The notes under the pieces: model-generated
What the model saw: only the letters and a program-made list of their open reading frames with translations
Told to the model about the DNA's origin: nothing
The model's database searches: none
Assembly: GCA_943356745.1 (NCBI GenBank)
Contig: CALRFT010000001.1
Location: 207,193-271,192 of the forward strand
DNA: 64,000 bases
Source: Parcubacteria group bacterium
GTDB lineage: Bacteria > Patescibacteriota > Minisyncoccia > Phycocordibacterales > CSBR16-119
Direction of reading: 5' to 3'
Shown: one piece after another, positions 60,210 through 64,000 of the stretch
How positions within the stretch are numbered: position 1 is the stretch's first letter
Layout: each line of letters opens with the position of its first letter
Translations under genes and position numbers: made by a program

Positions 60210-61925
60210 TTAAGAAGTATGGATATTTTCAATACGAAAACGAAGTTCCGGTTTGTATCCAAAAAAAGATTTTTCAATTGATGCGAACAGTTGTATTTTC
60301 ATCCCAGGAATAATAGGATCTCCAAAATCATCATGTTTTGTAAAAAAAGCTATAGCTTTTACAAGTCTTCCTGTTTCACTTCTAAATTGAAGTTCGAGAT
60401 GTTCATTTTGTTTTCCGAAAACACGAACATCGTATACGACAACATCTCGTAAGAGGAAAATAGGTTTTGGATTTCCTACTCCAAAAGGAGCAAGTCTGCT
60501 GATATCTTGATGAAGTTCATCGGTAAGTAAATCAAAAGAAAGTTCTGTATCATATTCATACACACTCGAATCTTCTTTTTCTTTTTTAATATCTCCATAT
60601 TTTTCTGTAAGTCTTTCTTCTAGAAAATGAACCTTATCGAAACTAACCGCAAATCCACCAGCCAGTTCATGTCCTCCGAAAGTCACAAACATATCAGAAA
60701 CAAGACTCATAAGTTCGACCATGTTCACACTTCCATCACTTCGACATGATCCTTTCATAACAAGATCTTCCTCACTTCCACCCCAAACAAAAACTGGTTT
60801 CTGAAATTCTTCCACAAGTCTTGATGCGACGAGTCCCAATATTCCTGGAGCCCATGTTCTGTCGCCCACCACAATAACTGGATGATTTTTTCTATGTTCC
60901 AAAACTGACTTCGCCTTTTTCATAATCTGCTTCACAAGATTTTTTCTTGTCAGATTATATTCATGAAGAAGAAGAGATTTTTCTTCAGCATACAAAGCGT
61001 CTTTCGTAGAAAGGAGTTCAAAAGCATGTTTTGGATGATCCATTCTTCCTGCAGCGTTGATTCGCGGAGTAATACCAAAGGTAACATCTTCTTCTGTGAG
61101 AAATTGTGGTTTTAATCCTGCTTTTTTCAAAAGATTCACAAGTCCTGGTCTTCTTGTTTTTTTCATCACAAGCATTCCATAATGAGCAAATACTCTATTT
61201 TCTTTCACGAGTGGAACCATATCAGAAAGCGTTGCAAGTCCCACCATATCAAGTAACCATTTTTCTTGCCCGGGACTCACATTATATTTTTCTTGAAAAC
61301 GAGAAATAAAAGCTTGTACAAACTTAAAAGCAACACCACTACCACATAGCATTTCGTCAGGATACTGACAATCTGACTGTTTTGGATTAACCACAGCAAA
61401 AGCTTCCGGAATTTCTTTTCCTGGCAAATGGTGGTCTGTAACAATTACATCAATACCCTGTTCATTGCAAAACAAAACCTCCTGGTTGTTTGTAATACCA
61501 AGATCGAGAGTAATAACAAGGCTTGGTTTTTGTCTTTCAAAGATTGGTTTCAAACTTTCAATTTGAAGACCATACCCTTCTTTGTGACGGTCTGGAATGT
61601 AGATTTCAAAATTTTCACACGAAAGCATTTTGAAAAAGTCATTCATAATAACAGCCCCTGGAATACCGTCACAATCATAGTCACAATATACGAGTATCCG
61701 CTCGCCCGAAGAAACCGCTCGCTCAACTCTTTGGACTGCCTTTTCCATATCTTTTAAAAGAAATGGATCAAAGGTATGTTCTTCGTACGATGGAGCAATG
61801 AATCGATATGCCTCTTCTCGTGTTGTGATTCCACGATTAACCAAAAGTCTTCTAACAATAGGGCTGTAAGACCCGAGTTCTTGCTCTACTGATTCAGAAA
61901 TAGGATTGAGGGGTTTGAGTGTCAT
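60210..61925 (-). CDS. recJ: Single-stranded-DNA-specific exonuclease RecJ
   Basis: 571 aa; DHH motifs (VYCDYDCDGIPGAVIM, ITDHH), DHHA1 domain, C-terminal OB fold. Confidence 0.9.
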   Translation of the reverse strand: MTLKPLNPISESVEQELGSYSPIVRRLLVNRGITTREEAYRFIAPSYEEHTFDPFLLKDMEKAVQRVERAVSSGERILVYCDYDCDGIPGAVIMNDFFKMLSCENFEIYIPDRHKEGYGLQIESLKPIFERQKPSLVITLDLGITNNQEVLFCNEQGIDVIVTDHHLPGKEIPEAFAVVNPKQSDCQYPDEMLCGSGVAFKFVQAFISRFQEKYNVSPGQEKWLLDMVGLATLSDMVPLVKENRVFAHYGMLVMKKTRRPGLVNLLKKAGLKPQFLTEEDVTFGITPRINAAGRMDHPKHAFELLSTKDALYAEEKSLLLHEYNLTRKNLVKQIMKKAKSVLEHRKNHPVIVVGDRTWAPGILGLVASRLVEEFQKPVFVWGGSEEDLVMKGSCRSDGSVNMVELMSLVSDMFVTFGGHELAGGFAVSFDKVHFLEERLTEKYGDIKKEKEDSSVYEYDTELSFDLLTDELHQDISRLAPFGVGNPKPIFLLRDVVVYDVRVFGKQNEHLELQFRSETGRLVKAIAFFTKHDDFGDPIIPGMKIQLFASIEKSFFGYKPELRFRIENIHTS

Positions 61926-61945
61926 GAATACTTATTATACTCAAT

Positions 61946-62046
61946 CAGAATCCGAAAAGCTAAAATTCTCTCCCGGAGAAGAATTTGAGAGGAGTGTCTC
62001 ACAAAGTGAGAACACGTGGAATTTTAGCTTTTCGGATTCTTTTTTT
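61946..62046. repeat. ~100-nt nested inverted repeat (22-bp outer arms CAGAATCCGAAAAGCTAAAATTC / GAATTTTAGCTTTTCGGATTCT, inner hairpin GTGTCTCAC-aaa-GTGAGAACAC) followed by T7, between recJ and the HIT gene
   Basis: Seen directly in sequence; occupies most of the divergent intergenic region. Confidence 0.5.
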
Positions 62047-62063
62047 CTGGTTACAATACAAAT

Positions 62064-62465
62064 ATGAGCGAAAAAACCATATTTAAGAAGATTATCGATA
62101 AGGAAATTCCAGCAAGTATTGTCTATGAAAGCCACAATTGCCTTGCCTTTCTTGATATCATGCCAGTTGCCTTTGGACATGTACTTGTAATTCCAAAACA
62201 AGAATATCGATGGATTCAAGATCTTCCAAACGAGCTATATACCACTCTTTTTTTGGAAACTAAAAAAATTATACAAGGAATGAAAAAGGCGCTTGCTTGT
62301 GATTATGTTCAAATATCTGTGGTCGGCGAAGAAGTACCACATGTTCACATTCATCTTATTCCTCGATATTTTGATGACATACTTCACGGATGGGAACGAA
62401 AAAAATATGAAGAAATAGAAACAATGAAAGAATTTGAAGAAAAAATAAAACAAGCACTCCAATAA
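62064..62465 (+). CDS. HIT-family (histidine triad) nucleotide hydrolase
   Basis: 133 aa; HVHIHLIPR histidine-triad motif; terminator ATCCC-tttc-GGGAT + T7 at ~62464-62490. Confidence 0.8.
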   Translation: MSEKTIFKKIIDKEIPASIVYESHNCLAFLDIMPVAFGHVLVIPKQEYRWIQDLPNELYTTLFLETKKIIQGMKKALACDYVQISVVGEEVPHVHIHLIPRYFDDILHGWERKKYEEIETMKEFEEKIKQALQ

Positions 62466-62490
62466 AAAAATCCCTTTCGGGATTTTTTTA

Positions 62491-63033
62491 TTATCTAGTA
62501 AGTAGTAGAAGCCATGTTATTTTATCAATAGTACCAGTTTGTGGTAGTGACATTTTTTGCTGGAAAGCTTTTATCGCATCTGAAGATATTTTATCGTAAA
62601 TGTAATCTGGTTTACTTTTAATAAGTCCAAGTGATTGAAGTGTCGATTCTGCAATCAAGATATTACTTTTAATTGCAATAGTTGGCGTTGCATAAAACGG
62701 ATAAGTAATATTACCAGAAAGATTTGGAACATCTCCAATATTTTTTATTCCAACTTCTTGTTGTTCAATCGTAGAACCTACAGAAGTAATAATCCCCGAG
62801 GGTACAAAACCAAGACACATACGAGCAGCAGTTTCAACTGACACACCAGTAAAGTCCCAATTACCTGACGTACCTTCATAAATTGTTCCATCATCCATAA
62901 CAACAACACAATTTGATCGTCCAACCTCTTGGCCATTTCCAGATACAAGATAAATACCAGCAAGAACAGAAGATGGAGCAACTAATATGAGAGAAGCTAT
63001 CGAGAGGGTAAATATGTACAATTTTGTTTTCAT
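62491..63033 (-). CDS. Secreted protein with C-terminal peptidoglycan-binding (PG_binding_1-like) domain
   Basis: 180 aa; signal peptide; C-terminal SSDAIKAFQQKMSLPQTGTIDKITWLLL. Confidence 0.5.
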   Translation of the reverse strand: MKTKLYIFTLSIASLILVAPSSVLAGIYLVSGNGQEVGRSNCVVVMDDGTIYEGTSGNWDFTGVSVETAARMCLGFVPSGIITSVGSTIEQQEVGIKNIGDVPNLSGNITYPFYATPTIAIKSNILIAESTLQSLGLIKSKPDYIYDKISSDAIKAFQQKMSLPQTGTIDKITWLLLLTR

Positions 63034-63038
63034 ATAAT

Positions 63039-63722
63039 TTATCTTGTATTAATTTTATTCTTATCAACAATATTTACATATTGACTCATTCTATTTTGAG
63101 CAACTTTTAGTTTAATTGCTGAATATGTTGCAATGTCAACATATCCATTTACAGTTAACTTGTTCTCTGTTTGAAACTTTTTAATAGACTCAACAACTGA
63201 AGCATCAAAAGAATTTTGACCATTAGAAATCAATTTAATCTCTTTCAAATTAGATAAGATTTGAGCTGTGAAATCTGGATATTCAGAGGCAATTTGTTGA
63301 TCAAGAACTATATTACTATCAAATCGAGCAACAGGGACCATTGTATCGTCATTTGTTATCAAACCTCCAATACACATGTCTCCGTATTCAGCAAGAAGCT
63401 CAGGCGATGTATCCATTAAAGTTGCATTGAGAGTACCCATATTTCTATTAACAGTAGCTGTTGCTCCACTACAAAATGTAACTGAACATGAACCACTACC
63501 AGCTGAAACTGCAACAACCGCGTCTGCTGGAATACAGCCTGGAACCGCTGCAGGTTGATCCCATTCTGTATCTACAACACTTGCATTTGAAACAGCAGCA
63601 GTCTGATCAGCTTCAGTATTTTTAAATTCTGAAGAAGATATATTAAAAACCCCTAAAACTAATAATGAAACTAAAGCCGCACCAGCAGATGCACCTAAAA
63701 AATATTTACGATTATCATTCAT
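63039..63722 (-). CDS. Secreted/anchored protein with C-terminal peptidoglycan-binding-like domain
   Basis: 227 aa; N-terminal TM/signal; C-terminal DASVVESIKKFQTENKLTVNGYVDIATYSAI. Confidence 0.45.
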   Translation of the reverse strand: MNDNRKYFLGASAGAALVSLLVLGVFNISSSEFKNTEADQTAAVSNASVVDTEWDQPAAVPGCIPADAVVAVSAGSGSCSVTFCSGATATVNRNMGTLNATLMDTSPELLAEYGDMCIGGLITNDDTMVPVARFDSNIVLDQQIASEYPDFTAQILSNLKEIKLISNGQNSFDASVVESIKKFQTENKLTVNGYVDIATYSAIKLKVAQNRMSQYVNIVDKNKINTR

Positions 63723-63756
63723 AATACTTTCATTATAATATATAAAAACTAAATAA

Positions 63757-63785
63757 AAATCCCCAGATTGGGAATTTTTATTTTA
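63757..63785. terminator. Bidirectional terminator hairpin (AATCCCCA-gat-TGGGAATT, imperfect) with A and T runs
   Basis: Between pgk (minus) and the 63039 gene. Confidence 0.5.
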
Positions 63786-63798
63786 AAATTTAAATTTT

Positions 63799-64000
63799 CT
63801 ACTGAAGTGCTTCAATTCCAGGAAGTTTTCCTTTTTCAAGATATTCAAGCATTGCACCACCACCAGTTGAAACAAAGCCTATTTTCTTTTCTAGTTTCAA
63901 TTTTTTAATTGTCACAACAGTATCACCTCCCCCAACAATAGACATTGCTTTTGATTTTGAAAGCGCTTTGGCAACAGCTTCTGTTGAAGCTGTGAACCCT
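63799..64000 (-). CDS. pgk: Phosphoglycerate kinase, 3' end (partial, runs off the window)
   Basis: Hand translation gives ...AMSIVGGGDTVVTIKKLKLEKKIGFVSTGGGAMLEYLEKGKLPGIEALQ-stop, the conserved PGK C-terminus. Confidence 0.75.
   Translation of the reverse strand, partial: GFTASTEAVAKALSKSKAMSIVGGGDTVVTIKKLKLEKKIGFVSTGGGAMLEYLEKGKLPGIEALQ

Noticed and set aside
61941-62219. Minus-strand 92-aa ORF overlapping the large inverted repeat and the HIT gene start
   Set aside because: It is composed largely of the palindromic element and is antisense to the HIT gene; most likely spurious.

Overview
This 64 kb window comes from a low-GC, gene-dense bacterial genome; the overall picture fits a small-genome Patescibacteria/CPR-like organism, which is an inference from gene content and organisation, not a search result.

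Part 1 - what is here:
- rRNA/tRNA: a 23S rRNA (~30655-33608, minus strand) followed by a 5S rRNA (30127-30242, minus). No 16S lies upstream of the 23S. A tRNA-Gln(CUG) sits at 5136-5206.
- Translation/ribosomal block on the minus strand: rpsL-rpsG-fusA, one small membrane ORF, then tuf-rpsJ-rplC-rplD-rplW-rplB. Next comes an inserted beta-rich secreted gene with its own promoter and terminators. The cluster resumes rpsS-rplV-rpsC-rplP-rpmC-rpsQ-rplN-rplX-rplE and then hits a terminator, so the rest of the usual spc-operon genes are absent. rplJ-rplL and rpmB are also present.
- Housekeeping genes: mgtE, an ABC-F ATPase, pyrG, ftsEX, a UvrD/PcrA-like helicase fused to a RecB-type nuclease, sodA, mscL, SulP and NhaP transporters, htpX, lemA, secDF, a PAP2 phosphatase, a SEDS (FtsW/RodA-like) protein, an M50 protease, a HIT protein and a partial pgk.
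- DNA uptake/processing cluster: recJ, an RNase HI with a C-terminal hybrid-binding domain, and comEC encoded as two genes.

Part 2 - what merits a second look:
- Two conserved genes carry in-frame stop codons: cytidylate kinase (TAA) and an M3 oligoendopeptidase (TAG).
- A beta-rich secreted protein with its own sigma70 promoter and terminators is wedged between rplB and rpsS.
- A two-gene cassette (membrane-anchored Cys-rich small protein plus a ~108-aa signal-peptide protein) occurs at two distant loci.
- A sigma-70 region-2 domain is fused to a transmembrane anchor, an extracytoplasmic domain and a ~120-aa poly-Asp/Asn/Glu tail.
- A 21-aa Lys/Ala-rich micro-ORF stands alone with its own terminator.
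- Many genes have a TGnTA(N)AAT extended -10 box 6-9 nt before the ATG, suggesting leaderless mRNAs; three consecutive genes share the upstream motif CAAACCATGCTA(A/C)AAT.
- A ~100-nt nested inverted repeat sits in the divergent recJ/HIT region.
- A 4.6 kb island of small secreted or orphan proteins, each with its own terminator, follows rplJL.

No CRISPR array, IS element or integrase was seen.
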